This document shows positions 46,680 to 55,598 of a stretch of DNA of 64,000 nucleotides, piece after piece. The DNA lies in contig JBMHCE010000040.1 of the NCBI GenBank assembly GCA_049890075.1, positions 17,412 through 81,411 on the forward strand. Direction: 5' to 3'. Made by a program: the position numbers and the translations under genes. Within the stretch, counting starts at the first letter, position 1. The number at the start of each line of letters is the position of its first letter. The DNA is from Chitinophagales bacterium. GTDB lineage: Bacteria > Bacteroidota > Bacteroidia > Chitinophagales > UBA8649. A model generated the notes under the pieces. It did not search any database, was not told the origin of the DNA, and saw only the letters and a program-made list of their open reading frames with translations.

Positions 46680-46690
46680 ATCAAGAGATT

Positions 46691-47977
46691 ATGTCTAACA
46701 ATACCTTTGATAGCGCATCATATATGAGCATGGAACTGCTGCGTTTCACAACAGCGGGCAGTGTAGATGATGGAAAGTCAACCTTAATTGGACGCTTGCT
46801 CTATGATAGTAAGTCAATTTTTGAGGATCAAATGGAAGCCGTAAAAGCTTCGAGTGAAAAACGAGGAGATGACCACATAAACCTAGCTCTCGTTACCGAC
46901 GGATTGAAATCTGAGCGTGAACAAGGAATCACGATAGATGTGGCCTACCGCTACTTCGCTACGCCTAAAAGAAAGTTCATTATTGCCGACACACCCGGCC
47001 ATATCCAATACACGCGAAACATGGTTACCGGGGCATCGACAGCCAACCTCGCCATAATCCTAGTTGATGCGCGTAAAGGAATAATAGAGCAGACTAAGCG
47101 CCACTCACTGATTGCTTCTTTATTAGGTATTCCCCATGTTACGATCTGTATCAATAAGATGGACTTAGTGGATTATGACCAAGCTACTTATGAGAAAATT
47201 AAAGCGGACTACATACAGTTTGCGAGCAAGTTGCATGTTAAAGATGTAACCTTTATTCCTATATCTGCATTGCACGGAGACAATGTGGTAAATCCGTCAG
47301 AAAAGATGACATGGTACAATGGCACAACCCTAATGTATCATTTGGAGAATGTCCACATTGCAAATGACCGAAACTATATCGATGGCCGATTTCCAGTACA
47401 AACCGTTATTCGCCCTCAGTCTGACGCATTTCATGACTTTAGAGGGTATGCCGGACGTATTTCAGGGGGTGTCTTTCGTGCAGGCGATGAGGTGAAAGCT
47501 TGGCCTTCTGGATTCAAAACAAAGATTAAAGCTATTTACAGTGATAATCAAGAAGTAGACGAAGCCTTTGATCCAATGTCCGTTGTCATGACGTTAGAGG
47601 ACGAGATTGATATCAGTCGCGGTGACATGATCACTCGTTCCAATAATGAGCCCAAAACAGGTCAAGATATCGATGCTATGATTTGTTGGATGGATGACAA
47701 CAAATCGTTACAACTAGGCGGAAAATACACCTTGATTCATACTACAAAACAATGCCGATGTGTCGTTAAATCGATAGAGTATCGAATGGACATCAATACG
47801 CTTTCCAAAGACCAGGAGAATCGCACGATTAGCCTTAATGACATTGGACGAATTAAGCTCCGCACCACCGTGCCGTTGTTTTACGACGAATATTCGAGAA
47901 ACCGAGCGACAGGCAGTTTCATTTTGGTTGATGAGGCAAGCAATGTAACGGTAGGGGCTTGTATGATAAGAAGTTAG
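46691..47977 (+). CDS. cysN: Sulfate adenylyltransferase subunit 1 (GTPase)
   Basis: Contains LRFTTAGSVDDGKSTLIGRLL, DTPGH and INKMDLV. Confidence 0.95.
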   Translation: MSNNTFDSASYMSMELLRFTTAGSVDDGKSTLIGRLLYDSKSIFEDQMEAVKASSEKRGDDHINLALVTDGLKSEREQGITIDVAYRYFATPKRKFIIADTPGHIQYTRNMVTGASTANLAIILVDARKGIIEQTKRHSLIASLLGIPHVTICINKMDLVDYDQATYEKIKADYIQFASKLHVKDVTFIPISALHGDNVVNPSEKMTWYNGTTLMYHLENVHIANDRNYIDGRFPVQTVIRPQSDAFHDFRGYAGRISGGVFRAGDEVKAWPSGFKTKIKAIYSDNQEVDEAFDPMSVVMTLEDEIDISRGDMITRSNNEPKTGQDIDAMICWMDDNKSLQLGGKYTLIHTTKQCRCVVKSIEYRMDINTLSKDQENRTISLNDIGRIKLRTTVPLFYDEYSRNRATGSFILVDEASNVTVGACMIRS

Positions 47978-47998
47978 TCGACCACTAATTAACACGTT

Positions 47999-48325
47999 AT
48001 GGAAGTCAAAGAAATATCTGTCGAGACATTAAAAGAATGGCGCCAGGGTGGCAAAGAACATCAGTTGATCGATGTGCGAGAATCCTACGAAATTGAAATT
48101 GCCGAAATCCAGGGTCAACATATTCCTTTAGCCGAGCTCCCCGCTAATCTAGATGGCATACGCGATGATATCGCGGTAGTAATTCATTGTAGGTCGGGTG
48201 CCCGAAGCGCACGCGCAGTGCAATACATCATGTCGAATAGGCCCGAAATCACCAACATCTATAATCTCGCAGGAGGCATTCTTGCTTGGGCTGATAAAAT
48301 TGACACGAGCTTAGAGAAGTACTGA
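47999..48325 (+). CDS. Single-domain rhodanese-like sulfurtransferase
   Basis: Has the active-site loop HCRSGARS and is 108 aa long. Confidence 0.88.
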   Translation: MEVKEISVETLKEWRQGGKEHQLIDVRESYEIEIAEIQGQHIPLAELPANLDGIRDDIAVVIHCRSGARSARAVQYIMSNRPEITNIYNLAGGILAWADKIDTSLEKY

Positions 48326-48363
48326 TAGAATCCCTTTGTAAATCGCGTACCTTGTAGGCGGTT

Positions 48364-49440
48364 ATGGATGCTCACATTGCTCAATCTTTCTCGAGACCTC
48401 TCTATATTTTAGGGCCATGTTCTGTCGAAAACAGCACACAAATGTTAGATACAGCGCGTGGATTAAAACAACATGTCCCATATCCTTTCTTGCTCCGCGG
48501 TGGACTCTGGAAACCTAGGACCCGACCAGGCGCATTCGAGGGACTCGGCCAAGAAGGCATTCACTATCTGACTGAAGCAGCAAAAGACATAGGGGCCGAC
48601 CCCATTACAGAAGTCGCAAGAGCAAGTCATGTAGAGGCATGTCTACAGGCTGATTTTCGCCACCTGTGGATTGGCGCACGCACGACGGTAAATCCCTTTT
48701 TAATTGATGAGTTAGCCGAAGCGTTACAAGGAACAGATATCACGCTATTTGTCAAAAACCCTGTAAACCGGGATATCGGTCTATGGCTTGGTGCCATAGA
48801 ACGTTTAGAAAGAGCTGGCCTCACGACCATATACGCAATCCATCGAGGCTTTTCTGCCATCGACAACCCGGCCTACCGTAACCCTCCTTATTGGCAACTA
48901 TCTCTTGAATTTCAACGTCAACGACCCGATATTCCAATGATAGGCGATCCAAGCCACATGGGCGGCAGACGTGACCTCCTCGATGAACTCAGCCAACAGA
49001 TGGGACAACTTGGTTACCAAGGCTTAATGATTGAAAGTCATATCGATCCAGATCAAGCGCTAACCGATGCTGCGCAGCAGGTAACTCCGCGTCGCCTTGC
49101 TAGTATTCTACAAGATGTACAGTGGTCTGAGCTTCATGCCAAAGAAGGATATTCTGATGACTATATCAATAACCAGCGACATACCATCGACGGCTTAGAC
49201 AAAGAGATCTTACGCCTTATTCAGGAGCGAATGAACATAGCTCACGATATTGGCGTTTACAAGCAAAAGGAAAATCTTGCAATCTATCAGCCTGAGCGAT
49301 GGGAAAATACACTTAATTTAGCCTTGGAAAGAGGACATCAATTAGGGTTGTCTAAAGCCTTTATCATGGAGCTTTTCCAAAGTCTGCACGCTGAGAGCAT
49401 AGAACATCAGTTTATCAAAAAAACAAACAATGAGCACTAA
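48364..49440 (+). CDS. Bifunctional DAHP synthase (type I-beta) / chorismate mutase type II
   Basis: N-terminal [20 protein letters not shown] and ..DPSHMGGRR.. follow the DAHPS/KDO8PS-like pattern. The C-terminal [30 protein letters not shown] follows the CM type II pattern. Confidence 0.85.
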   Translation: MDAHIAQSFSRPLYILGPCSVENSTQMLDTARGLKQHVPYPFLLRGGLWKPRTRPGAFEGLGQEGIHYLTEAAKDIGADPITEVARASHVEACLQADFRHLWIGARTTVNPFLIDELAEALQGTDITLFVKNPVNRDIGLWLGAIERLERAGLTTIYAIHRGFSAIDNPAYRNPPYWQLSLEFQRQRPDIPMIGDPSHMGGRRDLLDELSQQMGQLGYQGLMIESHIDPDQALTDAAQQVTPRRLASILQDVQWSELHAKEGYSDDYINNQRHTIDGLDKEILRLIQERMNIAHDIGVYKQKENLAIYQPERWENTLNLALERGHQLGLSKAFIMELFQSLHAESIEHQFIKKTNNEH

Positions 49441-51082
49441 AACTTCAAGAACGGTAACTGCACCTAAAGGGACTAAACTCCATTGCAAAGGGTGGGCCCA
49501 AGAAGCCGCCTGGCGCATGATTCAGCACAACTTAGATCCCGAAGTAGCTGAACGCCCTGAGGAATTGATTGTGTACGGTGGAAGAGGAAAGGCTGCCAGA
49601 AACTGGGAGGCTTTTGACCTTATCTTGAAAACCTTAGAAAACCTAGAAGACGATGAAACACTTCTCGTTCAGTCCGGTAAGCCTGTAGGTGTCATCCGAA
49701 GCCATAAAGATGCTCCACGCGTTCTCATTGCCAACTCAAACCTAGTAGGGAATTGGGCGAATTGGGAGCACTTCGAAGAGTTAGAGCGCAAAGGTCTAAT
49801 GATGTATGGCCAAATGACTGCGGGAAGTTGGATTTATATCGGGACACAAGGCATTGTTCAGGGTACGTATGAGACCTATTCATCGTTGGCCAAGATCCAT
49901 TTTGATGGGAATCTCAAGCACAAGCTCAATGTGACAGCAGGACTCGGAGGCATGGGTGGCGCTCAACCGCTTGCCATTACGATGAACGAAGGAACGGCCC
50001 TCATTGCTGAAATGGAAGAATGGAGAATCGACAAGAGAATTGAAACCCGCTACTTAGACGAAAAGTGTCTTGACATTGATGAAGCCATCGATCGAGCAGT
50101 GGCGTATGCAAAAGAAGGTAAGGCACTCTCAATTGGAGTTCTTTGCAACGCGGTAGATCTCTTGGAACGCATGCTCGAGCGCAACATCATTCCCGATACG
50201 CTTACCGACCAAACTTCTGCACATGATGAACTTATCGGGTACTTCCCAGAAGGAATGTCAGTGGAGGAAGCGAATACACTTCGGGATGTGAATCCAGATG
50301 ACTACCGTGATCAGTCTTGGGATACTATGGCTAAACATGTCGAGCTAATGATCGCCATGCAAGATCGAGGTAGTATTGTATTTGATTATGGTAACAACCT
50401 CAGAGGGCAAGCTAAGGATAAGCGTAATATTGAGAACGCTTTTGCCTTCCCTGGTTTTGTTCCTGCATATATCAGGCCTTTGTTTTGCGAAGGAAGTGGG
50501 CCTTTCCGTTTTGTAGCCCTGAGTGGAAACGAAGAAGATATCTTTAAGTGCGACGCCAAGCTCAAGGAGCTATTTCCTGAAGATGCATCACTGCATCGAT
50601 GGCTCAATATGGCTAAAGAACGTATTGCCTTTCAGGGGCTTCCTTCAAGAATTTGTTGGCTACGTCTCGGGGAGCGGGAAAAGGCCGCGTTGGCATTTAA
50701 TGAAATGGTGAAAAATGGTGAGCTTTCTGCGCCAATTGTCATCGGAAGGGACCACCTCGACACAGGGTCTGTAGCTTCTCCGAATCGGGAGACAGAAGCG
50801 ATGAAAGATGGGAGTGATGCCGTAGGAGACTGGCCCATCTTAAATGCATTCACCAATATTGCCGGCGGAGCAACGTGGGTATCCTTTCACCATGGAGGGG
50901 GCGTTGGAATGGGATATTCGTTGCATGCAGGTATGGTTATTCTTGCTGACGGTACAGATGACGCACACGCTCGGCTGAGTCGTGTTCTGCACAATGACCC
51001 GGCACTCGGAGTGATTCGTCATGCTGATGCAGGCTACGAAATAGCTAAAGAAACATCCAAGAAATTTGGGTTAGATCTCTAG
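49430..51082 (+). CDS. hutU: Urocanate hydratase
   Basis: Contains [63 protein letters not shown] and [12 protein letters not shown]. It overlaps the upstream stop by 11 nt. Confidence 0.95.
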   Translation: MSTKTSRTVTAPKGTKLHCKGWAQEAAWRMIQHNLDPEVAERPEELIVYGGRGKAARNWEAFDLILKTLENLEDDETLLVQSGKPVGVIRSHKDAPRVLIANSNLVGNWANWEHFEELERKGLMMYGQMTAGSWIYIGTQGIVQGTYETYSSLAKIHFDGNLKHKLNVTAGLGGMGGAQPLAITMNEGTALIAEMEEWRIDKRIETRYLDEKCLDIDEAIDRAVAYAKEGKALSIGVLCNAVDLLERMLERNIIPDTLTDQTSAHDELIGYFPEGMSVEEANTLRDVNPDDYRDQSWDTMAKHVELMIAMQDRGSIVFDYGNNLRGQAKDKRNIENAFAFPGFVPAYIRPLFCEGSGPFRFVALSGNEEDIFKCDAKLKELFPEDASLHRWLNMAKERIAFQGLPSRICWLRLGEREKAALAFNEMVKNGELSAPIVIGRDHLDTGSVASPNRETEAMKDGSDAVGDWPILNAFTNIAGGATWVSFHHGGGVGMGYSLHAGMVILADGTDDAHARLSRVLHNDPALGVIRHADAGYEIAKETSKKFGLDL

Positions 51083-51104
51083 TCTTCTTTCTTGCTGAAA
51101 AGGT

Positions 51105-51752
51105 TTACTGCATGATCTTCTGAGCGACCATCAAACCGTCGCGAAGAGGAAGTAAAATGTGTTTGACTCTTTTATCCTGAGCAATTTTTTGATTGTACGC
51201 GTGTAGTGCGCGCGTGTCCTTATCAAAATGGTCTTCGTCTTCTGTGACTTTACCACTCCAAAGGACATTATCGGCTATTAGATAGCCTCCAATGGGAACT
51301 TGATCAAAAATCAAATCATAGTAAGCACTGTAATTGATTTTATCGGCATCAATAAAAACCATATCGAAGACACCCTCTAATTGAGGTATGACTTCAAGGC
51401 CTGGGCCAAAGTGAAGGGTAATCTTATCCTGCACACCTGCCTTTTTTACGTATTGCTCAATGATTTCCTTGTACTTATCATCAAATTCAATGGTGTGTAG
51501 CTCACCCCCGTCCTGCATTGCTAACGCCATAGCAATGGCCGAATACCCAGTAAACGTCCCTACTTCTAAAATGCGCTTGGGCTGGGCCATGTGAATAAAA
51601 AGCTGGAGTATAGATCCTTGCATATGGCCTGACACCATTTGAGGCATGGTTTGCGTCAAATGCGTCTCACGGTACAACTCATACAATACCGGATGTTCTT
51701 TATCCGTAAGGGCTGTACTGTATCGATCTATGGCAGTCGGAAGGAATTGCAT
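51105..51752 (-). CDS. Class I SAM-dependent O-methyltransferase (family 3, caffeoyl-CoA OMT-like)
   Basis: Contains ILEVGTFTGYSAIAMA, VFIDADKINY and IADNVLWSG. I prefer ATG 51752 (MQFLPTAIDRY). The ORF-track start at 51824 would overlap clpP. Confidence 0.85.
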   Translation of the reverse strand: MQFLPTAIDRYSTALTDKEHPVLYELYRETHLTQTMPQMVSGHMQGSILQLFIHMAQPKRILEVGTFTGYSAIAMALAMQDGGELHTIEFDDKYKEIIEQYVKKAGVQDKITLHFGPGLEVIPQLEGVFDMVFIDADKINYSAYYDLIFDQVPIGGYLIADNVLWSGKVTEDEDHFDKDTRALHAYNQKIAQDKRVKHILLPLRDGLMVAQKIMQ

Positions 51753-51760
51753 CAGACCGC

Positions 51761-52330
51761 CTATACGGATTCTGCTACGGCGTCCACAATGCCATAGGCA
51801 ATGGCTTCTTCGGCGTTCATCCAATAATCACGGTCAAAATCTTCCAGAATTTTCTCTACCGACTTCCCGCAATTTTTGGCAAGAATCTCCGCAGAAAGGA
51901 TCTTGGTTTTTTGAATTTCGTTAGCTGTTATTTCTATATCTGTTGCCTGGCCCTGAATACCTCCAATAGATGGCTGATGAATCATTACTCGCCCATGAGG
52001 ATAAATTTCTCGACGACCTTTATCACCATGACTTAACATGAGGGCTCCCATGGATGCACACATACCCATGCAAATCGTTCGAACGGGCGAAGCGATCATT
52101 TGCATGGTATCCATGACCACCATTCCAGAAGTAACTACCCCTCCAGGACTATTGATATACAACTTGATTTCCTCCCCTGGTTTTTCCGCATCTAAGAATA
52201 ACAACTGATCCACAACTTTCTTTGCTGATTCATCATGGACTGGACCCCAAAAGAATACTTTTCGTTGTTCTAAGAAGCGTTTTTGAAAGCGATTTCCCCC
52301 TTGTATTTGTTCTAATAATTCCTTGTCCAT
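51761..52330 (-). CDS. clpP: ClpP-family serine protease subunit (short, atypical N-terminus)
   Basis: Contains YINSPGGVVTSG, GMCASMGALML (Ser), MIHQPSIGGIQGQATDIEI (His) and DFDRDYWMNAEEAIAYGIVD (Asp). The N-terminal MDKELLEQIQGGNRFQKRF replaces the usual hydrophobic axial-loop segment. Confidence 0.85.
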   Translation of the reverse strand: MDKELLEQIQGGNRFQKRFLEQRKVFFWGPVHDESAKKVVDQLLFLDAEKPGEEIKLYINSPGGVVTSGMVVMDTMQMIASPVRTICMGMCASMGALMLSHGDKGRREIYPHGRVMIHQPSIGGIQGQATDIEITANEIQKTKILSAEILAKNCGKSVEKILEDFDRDYWMNAEEAIAYGIVDAVAESV

Positions 52331-52433
52331 ACTATTCTTCGTAATCCTAAAAACGATTTTAATGACTTACTCAAAGTCAGGGTTAAATATAGATAACCTG
52401 TGTAAATTCAACGTGCCGAAGATCGTTGTTTGT

Positions 52434-53192
52434 ATGTTCCGAAGAAAGGCCACATCAGAATCGAGAGTTATAAAAATTGCCGAGCATGAACTACGCTTGC
52501 ACATTATTCGTGAACGGCGTTCCAACCAGCGATTTGGCCTGAGCAGTAAGGGCCTTATTGTTCGAGTTCCCATAATGACTTCTAGTCATGCACTACACGG
52601 AATCCTCGAGGATGCATTCCGTTGGGCAGAAAAAGCATTTACACGTAAGCCCTTGCAACCCATCAACTTTCGGAAAGTCAAGCATGACGAAGAGATTCAT
52701 TTTTTTGATGGACCTCGAATTGTAAAATTTTCAGACCCCTCAACAGCCACTGAACCTGCTCAATGGAAAGTAAGTCTTAGAAAAGAAAACATTCTTCAAA
52801 TTGATGGACAAAAGCCTGTTTCGTTTGAAGAGCATGAACTCTTATCCAAGGCCGTTCGAAAAGCGGTTAAAAACCGATATAGACAAACGCTAGAGCAACG
52901 TGTTCATCAATGGAACAATCACCTAGAACTAGGAGCTGTAAAGAGTTTTCGCCTAGGATACACCACAAGTCGATGGGGGAGTTGTCAGCATGCTACTGGA
53001 AAAATCGCTCTGTCTACTCGTTTGACATTGTGTCCTTTATGGGTCATTGATGCGGTGATCGTACATGAACTTTGTCACCTAATACATAATAATCACTCCA
53101 AGGAGTTTTGGACCTTATTGGATGAAAAATATCCAAGATATCGTGAGGCGGATGGCTGGATCAAAGAACACGGCGCCAAATGTATTTTGTAA
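52434..53192 (+). CDS. YgjP/DUF45-type (SprT-like) zinc metallopeptidase
   Basis: The C-terminal WGSCQH..IALSTRLTLCPLWVIDAVIVHELCHLIHNNHSKEFWTLLDEKYPRY carries HExxH. The track start TTG 52323 overlaps the clpP start. ATG 52434 is preferred, but the start remains uncertain. Confidence 0.8.
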   Translation: MFRRKATSESRVIKIAEHELRLHIIRERRSNQRFGLSSKGLIVRVPIMTSSHALHGILEDAFRWAEKAFTRKPLQPINFRKVKHDEEIHFFDGPRIVKFSDPSTATEPAQWKVSLRKENILQIDGQKPVSFEEHELLSKAVRKAVKNRYRQTLEQRVHQWNNHLELGAVKSFRLGYTTSRWGSCQHATGKIALSTRLTLCPLWVIDAVIVHELCHLIHNNHSKEFWTLLDEKYPRYREADGWIKEHGAKCIL

Positions 53193-53223
53193 ATTAACAT
53201 TGAATACAAAACCAAGATAGATT

Positions 53224-53904
53224 ATGAGAGCCTGTTTTCACTTGCTTGGAATGATTGGTATCGCCCTCGTTGTTACAAGTTGTCAATATGACCCAGATCG
53301 TGTATCCGATGGGGATGCAAATCCTGTGATTGTGGAATACCGCAAAATTTATTCAGCGTCTAAATCAATAGGCCCGGACTCCACCTTAGCTCTTTTAGAC
53401 CAATTCCTCTCCAATAAGGAGTTCGAAAATTATGCCCACGCGTGGAACTTAAAGGCATTTGCCCACTATCAGTTAAGTGAATTTGACCAATCCCTCGAGG
53501 CAGCGCTTAAAGCAAAAGAACTCGATGGTAGAAGTGGGGAGTTTGCCGAACAACTGTTTATGTCCAAGTTAGCTGCAGGAGCGGGTTGTGATATCACAGA
53601 TGACGAGTTGAAAAACAGCATCAACCAACACCGAATTATCATGTGGAGAGACTGGATATGTATAGATAGTATGCCTGATAGTAGTCGAATTGCAATGGCC
53701 TATCCTGTTACTGAAGAGGATACCTCCAACATGGTCTACAGAGATTTGTGTTTTCATCTAACCAACGATAGCGCTTTGGTTGCCGATACTGCCATTATTG
53801 GGCGTCTAAAAAATGCTGAAGCGCTTCAACAAGCAGCCAATAGTTACTTCTTACAATCGGATGTATCAAGTAATGTGCTATTGCTTTTCCAAGCCCTACG
53901 ATAA
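53224..53904 (+). CDS. Hypothetical lipoprotein with a TPR-like segment
   Basis: MRACFHLLGMIGIALVVTSC has a lipobox. It also contains AWNLKAFAHYQLSEFDQSLEAALKAKELD. I recognise no other motif. Confidence 0.6.
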   Translation: MRACFHLLGMIGIALVVTSCQYDPDRVSDGDANPVIVEYRKIYSASKSIGPDSTLALLDQFLSNKEFENYAHAWNLKAFAHYQLSEFDQSLEAALKAKELDGRSGEFAEQLFMSKLAAGAGCDITDDELKNSINQHRIIMWRDWICIDSMPDSSRIAMAYPVTEEDTSNMVYRDLCFHLTNDSALVADTAIIGRLKNAEALQQAANSYFLQSDVSSNVLLLFQALR

Positions 53905-53910
53905 CTCCCA

Positions 53911-54111
53911 ATGAGGACGATGATCTACATGTATCTCGTTATGCAAAGTCCTATGGATTCTAAGGATGTAGTACTCGGCAGGCAATACATGCATTATAAT
54001 CCGCCACCACTTGGAGCGTTTTGCTTGGTCGAAGAGCGCTTGTCGCCCAAAGGACTACAATTAAATCTAGGGTTAACGGAGCAACCTAATGCCTACATTA
54101 ACTTACCATGA
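53911..54111 (+). CDS. Doubtful small ORF (66 aa) filling the only ~200-bp gap
   Basis: Its ATG lies 7 nt after the upstream stop, and its stop overlaps the dgkA ATG (ATGA). The composition is odd (MRTMIYMYLVMQSPM...) and there is no recognisable motif. It could equally be a non-coding leader. Confidence 0.25.
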   Translation: MRTMIYMYLVMQSPMDSKDVVLGRQYMHYNPPPLGAFCLVEERLSPKGLQLNLGLTEQPNAYINLP

Positions 54112-54470
54112 ATACGTGGGATCCTATTGGTCTTCGATTTGCCCTCAATGGCTTTTCCGTTCTGTTACAACAACGAAACTTTCGCATTGAAATAGGCCTT
54201 GCGCTTCTTGCGATTGGCTTGGGGTTTTATCTTCCAATTGATGGGCAAGAGTGGTTATGGATTAGCCTTGCCATCACCCTAGTCCTCGTAACGGAAGCCC
54301 TAAATACCTCTATAGAACTCACCTTAGATAGAATGGGTACTGAATTCCATACTTCAACAAAGCAAGCAAAAGACATTGCTGCAGGGGCAGTTGTTTTATG
54401 CTGTCTCCATGCTCTTGTTGTTGGCGCTGTGATCTTTGGTCCTAAGCTCTGGACCTTGCTCTTCCCATAA
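54108..54470 (+). CDS. dgkA: Diacylglycerol/undecaprenol kinase family (DgkA-like) membrane protein
   Basis: It is 120 aa with three TM segments, plus the EALNTSIE motif and KDIAAGAV. Confidence 0.85.
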   Translation: MNTWDPIGLRFALNGFSVLLQQRNFRIEIGLALLAIGLGFYLPIDGQEWLWISLAITLVLVTEALNTSIELTLDRMGTEFHTSTKQAKDIAAGAVVLCCLHALVVGAVIFGPKLWTLLFP

Positions 54471-54499
54471 GGTAAAGTTTCTCTAGATGGCGTATTTTC

Positions 54500-55579
54500 A
54501 TGGCTATGCTAGACAAGGTCGAACCCATTATTCTACGTTTTGAAGAAGTTAAACAACAACTTTCTGATCCGACCATTACTTCAAATGTTGAAACATTCAC
54601 TCAACTCAGTAAAGAATACAAAGAGTTAAGTCAGATTCATGAGGTATATGTAGCCTATCAACTCGCCCTTTCCAATATCGAGGATAATAAACGAATCATC
54701 AAGGAAGAGACCGATGAAGAATTCAGGGAGATGGCAAAAGCCGATCTAGGGGAACAAGAAAAATCCTTAGAGGATTTACAAAAACAGCTGGAAACCCTTC
54801 TTATTCCAAAAGACCCAGAAGACGAAAAAAATGTCCTTCTCGAAATACGAGCAGGAACCGGTGGTGATGAGGCCAGCATTTTTGCAGGAGACTTGCTAAA
54901 AATGTATTCTCAGTATGCTGGAAGTCTAGGATGGAAAACAGAAATTGTTAGTGCCCACGAAGGCAGCTCAGGAGGGTTCAAAGAAATTGTAATGCGAATT
55001 GATGGCGAGAATGTCTTTGGCATCTTAAAATTTGAATCCGGAGTCCATCGCGTTCAGCGGGTTCCAAAGACCGAGTCTCAGGGACGTGTACACACCTCAG
55101 CAGCCTCTGTTGCCGTGCTTCCCGAAGTAGACGAGGTCATGGTAAGCATCAATCCAGCAGACCTCAAAGTAGATACTTTCCGAGCATCTGGAGCTGGTGG
55201 ACAGCACGTTAACAAAACAGAATCTGCCATACGAATCACTCACGTGCCTACCGGTGTAGTCGTCGAGTGTCAGGAAGGCCGATCACAGCACCGAAACCGA
55301 GAAATTGCTATGCAATGGCTTCGCTCAAGACTCTACGAAAGCGAGCTGCAAAAGCGACAAGCAGCTCAAGCTGCAGAGCGCAAGTCCCAAGTCTCAACAG
55401 GTGACCGGTCTGCTAAAATCAGAACCTATAACTATCCGCAAGGAAGAGTTACCGATCATCGTATTGGACTAACACTCTATGCTCTTGACGCGATTGTGGG
55501 TGGAGATTTAGGGCAAGTAGTTGACAAACTTCGTATGGCCGAACAAGCTGAAAAGCTTGCTGTAATGGATGGCAGATAA
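54500..55579 (+). CDS. prfA: Peptide chain release factor 1
   Basis: Contains [14 protein letters not shown] (GGQ) and [17 protein letters not shown] (PxT class, hence RF1). There is no frameshift site. Confidence 0.97.
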   Translation: MAMLDKVEPIILRFEEVKQQLSDPTITSNVETFTQLSKEYKELSQIHEVYVAYQLALSNIEDNKRIIKEETDEEFREMAKADLGEQEKSLEDLQKQLETLLIPKDPEDEKNVLLEIRAGTGGDEASIFAGDLLKMYSQYAGSLGWKTEIVSAHEGSSGGFKEIVMRIDGENVFGILKFESGVHRVQRVPKTESQGRVHTSAASVAVLPEVDEVMVSINPADLKVDTFRASGAGGQHVNKTESAIRITHVPTGVVVECQEGRSQHRNREIAMQWLRSRLYESELQKRQAAQAAERKSQVSTGDRSAKIRTYNYPQGRVTDHRIGLTLYALDAIVGGDLGQVVDKLRMAEQAEKLAVMDGR

Positions 55580-55598
55580 GCCCCCGTGACTCCACACT

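Noticed and set aside
55064-55072. RF1 has P-K-T rather than the textbook P-A-T/P-V-T tripeptide 'anticodon'.
   Set aside because: The motif is defined as PxT with a variable middle residue, and the surrounding sequence (RVQRVP[11 protein letters not shown]) and the GGQ motif are canonical. I see no reason to infer altered stop-codon recognition.
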